Assembly (NCBI GenBank): GCA_047495785.1
Contig: JBLDXI010000010.1
Coordinates: 1,736,001 to 1,800,000, forward strand
Direction: 5' to 3'
DNA: 64,000 nucleotides
DNA from: Lepidodermella squamata
Taxonomy: Eukaryota; Animalia; Gastrotricha
Shown: positions 38,146 through 49,404 of the stretch, piece by piece
Layout of the letters: each line of letters starts with the position of its first letter
How positions within the stretch are numbered: the first letter of the stretch is position 1
Program-made: the position numbers and the translations under genes
Notes under the pieces: model-generated
What the model saw: only the letters and a program-made list of their open reading frames with translations
The model's database searches: none
Told to the model about the DNA's origin: nothing

Positions 38146-38316
38146 GATCTGCAGATTCTGCACCAGTGATAGGTATTATTATTTTGTTGTTTTCATCCCA
38201 CGCTGGAATCTCATTTGCATTTCAAATGAATGGTTGATTCATGGTTTTACCTTGTTTTGAAATGCGTTGAATTTTAGCATACTACAGTGATAGTCGGTTC
38301 GCTGTAAAGACCTGTC

Positions 38317-41300
38317 ATGACTAAAATTAACTGGCTTTGGATTCCCATCTTGCAATCAGCGTTGTTGTTTTCTGCAGGTAGTAATGCACGAGTATCAGTA
38401 CGTGTTTTGAAATTTACTCCGACAGCCGCCGAGAATAGATGCTCCAATTACTCGTCTTCAAGTGATTCTATTCTGGAATTCGCTTCATCCAAGAATCCAG
38501 TTCCAAATTCCACAAAAGTTGACGTAACAATACCGAACTGCGTTGATGCAGTGGGAAAATCACGAATTCTGGGCTGCTATAATTCTTCAACATACACAGC
38601 GCAAGGGGAAGATCTTTCATTCAACGATTTCACCATATTCTTTTACCTCTACCCGAATAATGCCTCTGGCACGATACTGCAAGCTGATAACAAGATATCT
38701 ATATCATACTTTAAAGTTGAAGACGGAGATAGTATTGGTCTTTCGCTTCGCTTTGGGCCTGGGTATGCTTCTCCTCTAATTTATGAGGGTTTGGCTGTTT
38801 TTAAAACTTGGAACTTCATCGCCATAACAAAACAGGGCTTTGACGTTTTTCTTTACCACAAAATCGCCGGATATAATATGACAGCGATTGCAGACATAGC
38901 AATAACCTTCAACCAACCGACTTCACTAGTAATCGGCACTTCGGATGAATTAAGTCGAGATCGCATTTTCTGCTTCCACATGTTTGATAAATCTTTGTCT
39001 CCAATGGAAGTCCGAAACTTGGAAGCGATGTGCAAATATAATTTGGATGGCACATGTGACATTGCCGATAGTTTCGAGCTTAAATTTGCTGATATGAGGA
39101 CCAGGAATTCTCTGCTACCTAAATGGTACCTTACTGAGGCTTTCTTTCCGTTGGACAAGTTCAGCTTTAATCGGAACATAATTCTTCCAAACGCTTCTCA
39201 CAGCTTTGAGCCTAGCTGTGGTTACATGGCTAAACTTGAAGGTGATGAAGATATTTTTGGATGGAAGACTTTGTCAAATTGTCTTTACGAATCTCCGGCG
39301 GAAACAATACGTCCGAGACCTAGAAATATCGCCGATTTTATAGATAATTTATATTCCTTTTCGATAACCCTCAGCTTCTACCGCATCACCTCAGGCTTTC
39401 ACCTGTTTACGCTTCGGCCGATTTGGCTTGAAGTCAGGGTATACCCCGGAACTATCAGCATAACTAGTCCGCAGTTGAATGCTCGTATCAAAACTTTGTC
39501 ATTGCCGAGTTCTGGTGACGGCAAAGGATGGGAATTCATCGCTATTACTTATGATTGGATGACAGGGAATTTCAAGGTATTCTACCAAACTACTGCTGAA
39601 CCTATTTACAATACTGCGATCAATTTAACGAGCGGAATTAGCGAAGAAGCTTTCACTTTTCGATTGGGAGAACAGCCTTCTACGGTTGCTTTTCACTGCT
39701 TGACGATTCATTATACCGATTTAACGAAAAATGAGCTTGATCATGTCAGGCAAACTTGCTCGAACAGGCGATTGAAAACACACGGAGAAAACATCACCTC
39801 ATTTGCATTCACGGTTTTGAATGATACAGTTGAAGACATTAAATTCAAGCCTTTCAGTCCTTTCCCTGGGAATTCGATAGATGAAGTAAGTATCTTATTC
39901 ATAATTCTTTTCGTAATATTTAAGTGAATAATTAACAGAGTAGTACCGTTGATACTATTGTTGAGTACTTCCCTATCATCGGGAAATACCGCTGGCTGGA
40001 CGCAAACGTAGCTTGCATGAATAACAAAGCTCAGCTAGCTGTATTTTTCGACCAAAACGAACGGCAACTTGCCGTTAAAACCACTCAGAATTCTAATGAG
40101 AAGTTTTGGATCGGCCTGTATCGCAACTTCAAAGGAGTGCGGCAGTTTCGCTGGCTCGATGGATCAGAGTATGAAAATTCCTATCATCTGGAACCGTCTG
40201 ACCCTTCGAAGCCACAGGGCAGCTTTTATTGTGGGGCGATATCGAAGGGGTACTTATCTGCTTCGGAATGCGATGAAGAGCTCATCAGTGTACTCTGCGA
40301 AAAAAGGTCGGAAAAGCCGCGAAAATGGCCGAACGGGCCAGATATAGCTTCATTCGTGTTCGCTGGAATTCTCTTCGCAATCGGCTTATTTTTCATTGCC
40401 GTAACAGCTTTCGTGGTGTTTAGAATGAAAAGCAAGCCAAAGGTAACCAAAAATGCCTTTTCGACTACTCCGATTTTAAACATTTTCTTCGTAGGATCTA
40501 GACGAAGATGAACCTAAGGAAAAGTTCAACATTACACTGGACCACGTTAAAATATCAGACAATTTACTTGGCAAAGGAGCCTTTGGACGAGTTTTCTTAG
40601 GATCTATTCTGCTGAAGGATGGCAAAACTACAATGAACGATGTAGCGATCAAGATCTTGCCAGAAAATGCAACTGACACGCAGCGCGAGAGGTTTCAGAT
40701 GGAAATCGACGTAATGATAAAGATGAACTTGAAATGTCGAGAGAAGCATGAGCATGTGATATCAATGATCGCGTGTGTTCAACGTGGCGGCAAGAACAAT
40801 CCTAACAATGAGATGGCAATTGTTATGGAGCATTGCCAATATGGATCGCTAGACCGAGTTCTGACTTGGATGGAGAAGCTGCGTCGGACGAATTCCAATC
40901 AGTTGGCTAATATTTTGAAGGCTAATCAAACAGGCGATGCTAGCTATCCAATACAGCTACGGCAGCATGAATCAATTTCTGAGAAAACATCACTCATATC
41001 GATATCTACTAACAGTAGAAATTCTAATCTGTTGAGCCGGATCCCTGAGGAATCTTTGACAAGCACAGATTCTGATTCTGGTTACGTGGTTGCAATGAGA
41101 GGGCTAATGCATCTTGAACCTATTTCTGAACAAACTTCCCTTTTATCAACTTCAACAGAGACCAGTTTTCTGTCGAGGCAAAGTTCAGTTAAGATAATCG
41201 ACAGATTGGAGGCAACGCTTCTCCTATATGCCGAGCAAATCAGCCGGGGAATGGAACATCTTGCCAAGCATAGTTTCGTTCACCGTGATTTAGCAGCAAG

Positions 41301-41806
41301 AAATATTCTTGTTGCGAGGCTGGATTGCGTTAAAATTGCGGATTTCGGCCTAAGCAGAGATATATATTTGGACAAAATGTACTCTTCAACTCAAAAAGAT
41401 CGCATCCCCATCAAATGGCTTGCCCCAGAGTCTTTGGAAACCGGGAAATTCAGCATAGCCAGCGACGTGTGAGTTAATGAAACTTAAATCTTGCATCTTG
41501 TAAATCAATGCTATTTGATTCAGATGGTCATTCGGAGTATTACTATGGGAAATCGCGACGTTAGGCGAGAGGCCGTATGGTTACTATAATTGCGACATGC
41601 TGAAATTGTTACAGGAAGGGAATCGTCTCGAGAAGAAAAGCGGATGTTACTGCTCTGATGAACTGTATGCAATAATGACTCGGTGCTGGAGTTTCAACCC
41701 ACAAGATAGACCTTCCTTCCCTCGATTAGTTAGAGAGATAGCTGAATTAAGAGCTAAGAACAAAAATGAATCTGAGTCAGTGCGCGAAGTAGGATCCTCG
41801 AGCTAG
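38317..41806 (+). CDS. Receptor tyrosine kinase with two LamG/pentraxin-like domains, a C-type lectin domain, TM and a split kinase (exons 38317-39885, 39939-40442, 40495-41468, 41524-41806; 1109 aa)
   Basis: Signal peptide; WNFIAIT and WEFIAITYD (LamG-like); FWIGL...FRWLDGS...CEK (CTLD); TM; LGKGAFGRV, VAIK, HRDLAARN, DFG, IPIKWLAPES, SDVWSFG. Three in-frame GT-AG introns. Confidence 0.88.
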
Positions 41807-41933
41807 GAGGTATTTTCGGGCCCAAATTTTATGACCAAAAGGTCCCCCCTGTGGTTTTTTGGGGGATTTTCCACTTTGGCCTTGTGAACTGGGGGGTACG
41901 ATACCCCTCATTCCCCCCGTACTTCGCGCACTG
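41778..41933. mobile_element. MITE (156 bp) inserted in the RTK stop codon
   Basis: 14-bp TIR cagtgcgcgaagta / tacttcgcgcactg with agt on both flanks (possible 3-bp TSD). Confidence 0.75.
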
Positions 41934-42430
41934 AGTAGACATCAAGTTATATTGCTTGAATATTTAGAAATAAAGCTCGGCGTGCAATGATCAACTGCCC
42001 TCATCCGTCAAGCTGCCTGTCGAATCCAGGCACCTTATTGAGATTTTTTGTTCACATTGACAAGAGAGGGAAAAATTGTGCTTCAATTGTTGATAGAATA
42101 GAGAATTCGGTCACTTCAGGTTCATCGTAATTACAAATGTCTCCAAATGAGAGCAGGTGTTAAACAATAATGTATATTATTTATCATATGAATCACGAAT
42201 TGTTCGTTACCAGTGATGTTATTTTCCTCACTAAATTCCCTTATCATTGACCAGCGTTTGATGTTGAGCGCAAATTAATTATGGGTAAGTTACAGCGCTG
42301 TTTTGAATAAGTTTTAAAACCTCTGCGCTCTATGTGGTCCATTTTTTAGCACAAAAATAAATTACGTACCATCGCCGGATATATAACGTGAGTGCACTTA
42401 GTCAGTGCAAATCATTTTTTCGCTGCTGAT

Positions 42431-43975
42431 ATGAAACTTTCAACCAAACTGTTGTGTTGCATACGGAACGAGTCGCTCGTCGATTTTGAAGTAACTCGGA
42501 TTTCAAAGGAGCCACCACGCTACCGATATCAGTTTAAGGACTGCATAGATTTTGTGGCGACAGCGGCTCCCGATGATTATCTAATTCATACTGATATTGA
42601 GCAAGTATTTGTAGTGGACTTGGCTGGAATTCAAGTTTTTGACACCCTCTTTATGGACAAATTGAGAAATAGTGCATCTAACGAAGAAATCGCTACAACC
42701 AACTACTCTCGTCTAAACTTCAATGAGTTGAACAGAAAGCACTGCGAATTCAATGTAACTTACGGCCACCCTTTCCATCCGCTTAACAAGCTCCGGTGGC
42801 CACAACCGAATGGACTGGAGTTCAAGAAAGAAACACGACTAGCAATAGGTAAATTTGTTGCTAACGAGGTTTCAGTTGCTGGAGACTATGTGAAAACAAT
42901 CCAGGTCTTGCTGCCGAACGAATCGCCAGAATTTGTCTACATTCCTGTTTTGAAGGATCAATTAAAGCTCATTGAAGGCAAACTCGCACTGGAACTCACA
43001 GAGTCCGAACTGGATTGCTACGCCCATTGCAATGTTCGAACGGTCACATTGATTCCGGAAAGTCTCAGAATCGACCTCAAGTTAAGTCTGACTCTGCAAA
43101 TTACAAGCGCAATGAGAGATTTCTCGCTGGGAAATGCTGTTAACGGCACGCGCCTTCGGTCAAGTTTCATGAAAATCGAACCTGAGGTGAACGATTTCAT
43201 CCAAAAACAAATCGATCCGCGGCTGAAGTTTCGCTTCCTCTATGAAGTTGGTGCTGCGTTTTACAATCCTGATATTGTTTGTATCATTCGGCAAGTTCCT
43301 GAGCTAGAACCCGGCGAGGTTCTGGTACCGCTTGCATTTCTCTGCGATGTGGAGCCAAATTCTAGGCAATTCAACTACTGCCGCTATTTCACTCGAGAAA
43401 TGGCAAGTGATTTATTCGGCATGCTCGTTTCGTTCGGTCTTTACGTCTTGGTGAATCATAACTGCGCTCTTGAGATTCACGGCCAGAATACATTGGCTAT
43501 TTTGGATGTGCCAAATCGTAGAATCACCGGGCTGGCGTATCGAGATTTCGGTGGTTGCGCGTTTTTAGCCAAATCTTGGGCCGATGCGATGATTGCTGAC
43601 CATACAGTTATCGTCGAAACAATTGATGAAATGATCAACCTGTTCTGCCATGCCCTTAGCATGCAGTTGATCATTCTCGATAGGACTGCGCTTATTCCCG
43701 ACTTCAGACGCTTTGCAGCTGATACGGTGAATCGATGCTTGGATCAGCTGCCTGTAAATCAAGTCAACACGGCATTGCGGCTGAAACTGTCGCAACCTCG
43801 AATTCCGATGAAGGCCTTGGCTTCAATGGCAGCGAAAGCCGACGGGTCGAAAATGTATTGCCTGGTGCCCAATATCCTCTACCCTCTCAAAACTTTCAAT
43901 AGTGTAGTGAAGAGGATTCCAATCAAAATGATGCATCAAAAAGATGATCAAAATGTTCAAATTCGGAAAAGCTGA
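42431..43975 (+). CDS. IucA/IucC-family NRPS-independent siderophore (NIS) synthetase, intronless (514 aa)
   Basis: Family motifs in the correct order: GHPFHPLNKLR, NVRT, LKLSLTLQITSAMR, LEIHGQN, YRDFGG, PMKALASM...PNIL. TATA-like atatataa about 45 nt upstream. Confidence 0.85.
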   Translation: MKLSTKLLCCIRNESLVDFEVTRISKEPPRYRYQFKDCIDFVATAAPDDYLIHTDIEQVFVVDLAGIQVFDTLFMDKLRNSASNEEIATTNYSRLNFNELNRKHCEFNVTYGHPFHPLNKLRWPQPNGLEFKKETRLAIGKFVANEVSVAGDYVKTIQVLLPNESPEFVYIPVLKDQLKLIEGKLALELTESELDCYAHCNVRTVTLIPESLRIDLKLSLTLQITSAMRDFSLGNAVNGTRLRSSFMKIEPEVNDFIQKQIDPRLKFRFLYEVGAAFYNPDIVCIIRQVPELEPGEVLVPLAFLCDVEPNSRQFNYCRYFTREMASDLFGMLVSFGLYVLVNHNCALEIHGQNTLAILDVPNRRITGLAYRDFGGCAFLAKSWADAMIADHTVIVETIDEMINLFCHALSMQLIILDRTALIPDFRRFAADTVNRCLDQLPVNQVNTALRLKLSQPRIPMKALASMAAKADGSKMYCLVPNILYPLKTFNSVVKRIPIKMMHQKDDQNVQIRKS

Positions 43976-45034
43976 GGGAGTGCCTGGGATTGTTTCTGCT
44001 AGGCCGTGTCCCTTCCTTTCGTTTCCTGGAGTCTCCCGTGCAGAGACTGCGTTTTAAAATCCTAAAAGCTGTGACACTTATTCCGGTGAAACCAGAAAAT
44101 GATCTGAATTTCGCAATCTTAAGCATTGTCCAACTAATCGGGCGACCACGTACTATAACAGTGGAAGTTCCTAAAACCCCCAGTTGAGACGCTTAACTTA
44201 ATAGTACCTACATTTCGATGAAAAATTCCCTTCCTTCTGACAAGAAATTGTATTTATTATTAATTATTGCGCTTATTTTTTGTTGCATTTGATGAAATTT
44301 ATGTACTGAGCATCAATGAGTTTATTCCGTGCTGCGATTTCAATTATTATGCGAAAATAAAAAAGAGAAAACCATTCGTCGTAACAATTGCAGTGTGGTC
44401 TAAAACAAGTGAAGCTACGATTCAAGATTCTCGAATCGTATGTAGTTGCAAATTAAACTGATAATGGTACATGACCTTGCAGCTACGCAGTAGTTCGAGT
44501 ACATTTTATCATATTTTTTTCATTTTAGAATTTGTGTTTTAATGTAAATGGAATTCATTGAACAAACTTCAGAAACTATTTTATCGAGGTTCAAACTACA
44601 GCGGTTAAGAGTTACCTAAATAAATTACCGGTAATGAGACACACAGTAAGAGTACCAATGTAGTTTAAACATTTATAGCACACTGATTGTAGGAATTAAT
44701 TTTAAAAATTAGTCATCCTCTAATAAAAGTCGGATAAGATGAGATTTCGAATAGTTTTGAAAATATAAGGGTAAATACAACAATTTAGACACTACGGTAA
44801 TTGCCGCATTGTGGAACCCATTATCCGACGCAATTATTCGGGAAAACAACCGTTTTATTAATTCAACCACTTGCCAAGCTGAACAAGCAGCACGAAAGAT
44901 GAGACACAACACTTAATCGTTCAATTCTTAGGTTAAAGCTAGACGACATAAATTGGACAATAATAATATAAATTCTATATCCACAAATAAAGATGCAATT
45001 GAAATGTTCAATCATGGCTTAACGACAGATTGTT

Positions 45035-47308
45035 TTAAGAAGCGTTTCCGCGTGCCGAATAAGCGGCTTTAAACGATATTCCGGAGACAGTTATCGAGAG
45101 CATCAGGTCTATAATTGCCAGAGCAAGTCGCTGGTCGACGGAGCTGTCCAAAAGAATCACAATCAAGCAAGACGCGGGTAGAGTCGTTAACAGCTCGGCA
45201 AGAATGGCAGTCATTTGCTTGTAGTCTGTCATCGATAAATGACGGCCACTTTGCTTCAAACCGAACATTGCGAACGCTGCGAAGATCAAAATTATGAGAT
45301 TAACTGCCAGCATTGCGATTATCCAATAGGCCTGATTTGGCGAGGTACAATCCATGACGAAATACTCAACAAATTCATCGGCGGACCGAAATCCTGTTCC
45401 TGCAACCGCGTTGTAGCACGAGAGTGACTCTGTAACAAACATCCAGAGGCACAGAATGAGGCATATCAAAAGAGAAAACCCGGCCGAAACTTTAATGAAC
45501 TCTCCTGATTTGAGGTTAGGAGCCTCGGTTGCTACCGTCGATGCTGGTCTAACGGATGGGGCAGCCTTGCTGGTCCTATTGGTTGTATGATCCAGATGAG
45601 TCGCATTGCCAGATTTGGCCTGGTTCGGACGATGAGGTATCACTAGATTGCAGTGCAATATATGTGAGGAAACGGCAGAAATCAGAGTTGAAGCTGATAT
45701 CGCCTGTAAGAAGTATCTCGATGTCCAAAGAGCCTTGGGTGAAATGGAGGTCTTCAAACTGTGAACCACTGCAGCTGAATTTAGCAGGATACAACCGAAA
45801 AACACCGCACTTTCAAGGAACTTTCGCTTATGATTGAAGTAGATAAACGCAACAATCTGCAGGGAACCGAAAAGGGCTGCAATTGTTGATATGGTAATCA
45901 TCATTGCATCAGTGGAGTCAAGGATTTCAATCAGCCTGGTTAGCATATCCTTAGGAGGGTTGCCGTCCAATGTTGGCCACGGGAAACTTGGTACCAAAAG
46001 AGTCAATTCTGCGTTATCATATTCGTCGGTGGAATTTGGCTTATCAACGCTGACGGCTTTCATCAGTTTCTTTCCAGACATCAGGCCGATGAAATAGGGC
46101 ATTTCCAACAAGTTTCCATTACTATCATAACTGACCTTGACCGTTCGAAGTGGCTTGTAACTCAACGCGACAATACTGGTTTTCACTGCCTTGATTATAA
46201 CATCTGGGGATTGTTGGAAGTCCCGTAATGACATGTTTTTCGCCGCTAAATCTCGCTCAGCCCTATCCAGGGCAATGACAGATTGCATAACAGTGTCATG
46301 GCATACCCACAGGTAGTCATAGTCGGATGTTCTGATGCCGCGGGTTCTTTCTTGGAAAACAACATCGAATTCAGACTTTCGATATCCGAAATCAGTTGGT
46401 AGATTCTGCTGGTCATCTCCATCAATCGTTCCAAGAACTATTGTCTGCTCAAATTGCATGGCAATTTCGCTCCTCGTGCAAGAAACGTCTATTCCTGCGA
46501 AACTATCCTTTAGAGCTAGAATTCCGGTATCAAGAGCGAGTAGTAGGAACTTTTTCCCGGTTATCCCGGCCTGGTATAGGCGGCATAAGACTGGAAGGAC
46601 GAAAACTCGAGAAGATAGGTAAATCAGTATTATTCTCAAATCTTTCGCCTTCAGATTTCTCGCAGTTTCCAAATCGTAATTCGTAGCCGTATCAACGACA
46701 GGTATGCTTATTCCCTGAGACTGAGCGACGTTCAGAAAATGAAGTGCCCCATTGAAATCGTTCGTATTATCCGGGTTGGTGATCATAGCCAAATTCCGCC
46801 ATTTTCCGATAGTTTTGATAAATTTTACGTAGCCAAAGTTCTTATTCACCATGGTTGTCAGAGCGAGGTATAAATTAGGAAATCGCTTCCGGTCTGATAG
46901 AATCGGATGAGTACACGTCTGCGAGATGCTGACGAAGTTGAGGTGGTGTAAGAAACCTCCTAAACCTTTGCACCCATTCGAGTTCCATGGCCCGACCGTT
47001 ATTGGAGATGGGAAGATAGTCGGGTCGTCTCGGTTGTAATCGCGGTAGTAACCCATGAAAGCCGTCGGGGCGTTGTTCCCTCCAAGCTTCTCATCGCCTT
47101 CGAAAATTCTGATGTCATAGTCAGGCAAATATTTCGTTTGGTTATTCGCATATTCTGCGGCTAGAGAGGAGGCGATTCGACACTGCGTTGGGACGGCTGG
47201 CTCTGTGCCTGTTATGCGGCTTTGAACCAACAATGAAAGTTTGAACGGCTTGCTGTTCGCGAGGACGAACAGTTCAGCAGCAAATAGAATCCTTAAAACT
47301 AAAGTCAT
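45035..47308 (-). CDS. Intronless class C GPCR, GABA-B-like (757 aa)
   Basis: Signal peptide, YLPDYDI and SDRKRFPNLY flytrap motifs, WPTLDGNPPKD linker, seven hydrophobic segments. Distant paralog of 17129-19549. Confidence 0.85.
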   Translation of the reverse strand: MTLVLRILFAAELFVLANSKPFKLSLLVQSRITGTEPAVPTQCRIASSLAAEYANNQTKYLPDYDIRIFEGDEKLGGNNAPTAFMGYYRDYNRDDPTIFPSPITVGPWNSNGCKGLGGFLHHLNFVSISQTCTHPILSDRKRFPNLYLALTTMVNKNFGYVKFIKTIGKWRNLAMITNPDNTNDFNGALHFLNVAQSQGISIPVVDTATNYDLETARNLKAKDLRIILIYLSSRVFVLPVLCRLYQAGITGKKFLLLALDTGILALKDSFAGIDVSCTRSEIAMQFEQTIVLGTIDGDDQQNLPTDFGYRKSEFDVVFQERTRGIRTSDYDYLWVCHDTVMQSVIALDRAERDLAAKNMSLRDFQQSPDVIIKAVKTSIVALSYKPLRTVKVSYDSNGNLLEMPYFIGLMSGKKLMKAVSVDKPNSTDEYDNAELTLLVPSFPWPTLDGNPPKDMLTRLIEILDSTDAMMITISTIAALFGSLQIVAFIYFNHKRKFLESAVFFGCILLNSAAVVHSLKTSISPKALWTSRYFLQAISASTLISAVSSHILHCNLVIPHRPNQAKSGNATHLDHTTNRTSKAAPSVRPASTVATEAPNLKSGEFIKVSAGFSLLICLILCLWMFVTESLSCYNAVAGTGFRSADEFVEYFVMDCTSPNQAYWIIAMLAVNLIILIFAAFAMFGLKQSGRHLSMTDYKQMTAILAELLTTLPASCLIVILLDSSVDQRLALAIIDLMLSITVSGISFKAAYSARGNAS

Positions 47309-48897
47309 TTTTTCTTGTCTGTAAAACAGGGCGAAACTGTAAGATATTGTCCGCCGGTAAGATTTATGCTAAATATGTGTTAAAACGGCTCCGGAAAATA
47401 TTCTACAAGTATTGACTTTCTAAAATTAAAAGACACTATTAGCGAATGCTATAAGCGACTTTGTACCGGATAATTACGGCGCGAGGATTTTCCGCTGATT
47501 TTACCTAATTTTTGCACTTACGACATATTTAATTGCAATTTTTTCTGAGTCGCGGAGGTTGGCACAGCCTCTTGCCTTTCAGAAAACAAGAACTGCAAAA
47601 AACAATCTGAGTTGAGCGAAATTTACGTGGGAAATAAGTTTTCTGTGGAAGCTGCGGAGTTTTCCGCTATTTTGGGACAGCCTCAAAGCTGTTTGAAATT
47701 AGAAGAAAAATCAAATTAAAAGCCGGTTCCAAACAGTCTGCTCGTGCTTTGCAGAATTTCGCATGATTTTTCAGACATTTCAAGCAATTTGGCCTGCTGC
47801 ATTTAAAAGATTGAAGAATCGTGACAGCAGAAAGTGCAGCTGGCGCGGAAGTGAATATGTTGTTGACAGAAATTCGAGCTGTTACTCAATCGCCGCAATG
47901 CTAATTCTCCATTACGTTACGTCAACAAAGGGCGATGACTTCCGATGAAAGTGCGATGGTGCACGGGAAATGAATCGCCACAGCTTGTGTCTCATTTTTC
48001 AACAGTTGATGAATGAACTGCAAGATACAGTCAACTACGCGGGAATAAGCCTATTCAGCCTATTTCAGGCATATGGGAACTTTGGCAAGGGGTGTGTTCA
48101 AAAAGTCTCAGAGCTTCAGAACGCTGTTCTTTCAGAATTACTCGATAATTGCGTTTTTTAATGTTCAGAGCGATTATTCGCATTGTTTAGTTTCAGAGGA
48201 AAGGGACACAGATGCTATTGATTACGCTTTCAGGCGATTTTTTAATGCTCAGAACGTTCAGTGAGGGACAAGCATTGTTCGAAGTTTCAGGCTGCTCGAG
48301 CAGTCTGAAACTTTCCCTGATTACTCACGTGCGTCGTGATTAGTCACAATGGTTCGATATGAATTTTATTTTTATCCATTTTTTGACGGCAAAGCGTTTA
48401 TACGTCTGCAAAGTGGGAAAATTATTCGGAAACCTTGCGGAACACCTTGGAAGCACATTTCTACTTCACAGCTATTAAAAATTGATCAATTTTCAAGTTT
48501 GAATAAATGAATTTCTTTAATTAATCAATGCAAAAAAATAGCACATGAAACGCCGAATGGTACCACTTCTTCCTTTCCCCTTTCTCAGGAAAACACATAA
48601 GGCTCAGGTCAATTTTTTTTTCCAAAAATTGAAAATTAAATTAAAAAATTAAATTAAAAATTGTGGGCGGCATCACACATTTTCAATTTTACAACTGCTA
48701 ATTTTCGAAGCCTTCCCAAAAAAATTTCAAAAATACCTTTACTTTTATCGGGAGGGTGATAGCTGCAGCTTTCAATTTAAAATCAAGAGTCGTTTGATGA
48801 ACAATTCCCAAAAATTCATTCAGATCGAGACCGATTCCAAACTTTCTCGCAGCATGTATAATTTATGCCGATCAAATCGCGCCGAGACTGTGGAGGT

Positions 48898-49404
48898 CTA
48901 GATTCTAGATTGTTCTCTGTCGTCGTAAACCGAAAAAATTCTCACATAGTCGCCAGCAACTGAAACATCCTTTGCTTCCAGTCGACATATCGCTAGCCGC
49001 GTGTCTTTCTTGAATTTCAGTCCGATAGGCTGCGGCCATCGGAGTTTGTTAAATGGGTGGAAAGGATGGCCGTGAATTACGTGGAATTCGCAGTTCTTTC
49101 TGTTTAGGTCATTGAAATCTAGCCGGGAGTATCTTGTCTTTGCAATGTCTTCATTAGCCGCGCTGTTTCTCAATTTCGCCATGAAGAGTTCGTCAAACAA
49201 CGAAATTCCAGCCAAGTCCATTGCAGATACATGCTCAATATCGGTATGAACGAGATAATCACCTGGAGCAGCGGACGCTACAAAGTCTATGTAGTCCTTA
49301 AACTGATATCGGTATTGTGGTGGTTCCTTTGAAATCTGAGTTACTTCGAATTCGACGATGGACTCGTTTCGGATGCAACACAGTAGTCTTGTTGAAAACT
49401 TCAT
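48898..49404 (-). pseudogene. 3'-truncated paralog of the IucA/IucC synthetase (about 155 homologous codons)
   Basis: Collinear with the first about 155 aa of 42431-43975 up to VAGDYV, including GHPFHP, then unrelated sequence. The 5' leader is also homologous. Confidence 0.8.

Noticed and set aside
42431-43975. Bacterial contaminant contig or siderophore operon
   Set aside because: No operon partners, flanked by spliced or animal-type genes, composition similar to neighbours, and a locally diverged paralog exists. Read-level confirmation is still needed.
47760-48300. Short plus-strand ORFs between the GPCR and the NIS pseudogene
   Set aside because: No similarity by eye to the missing NIS 3' half or to any known domain.
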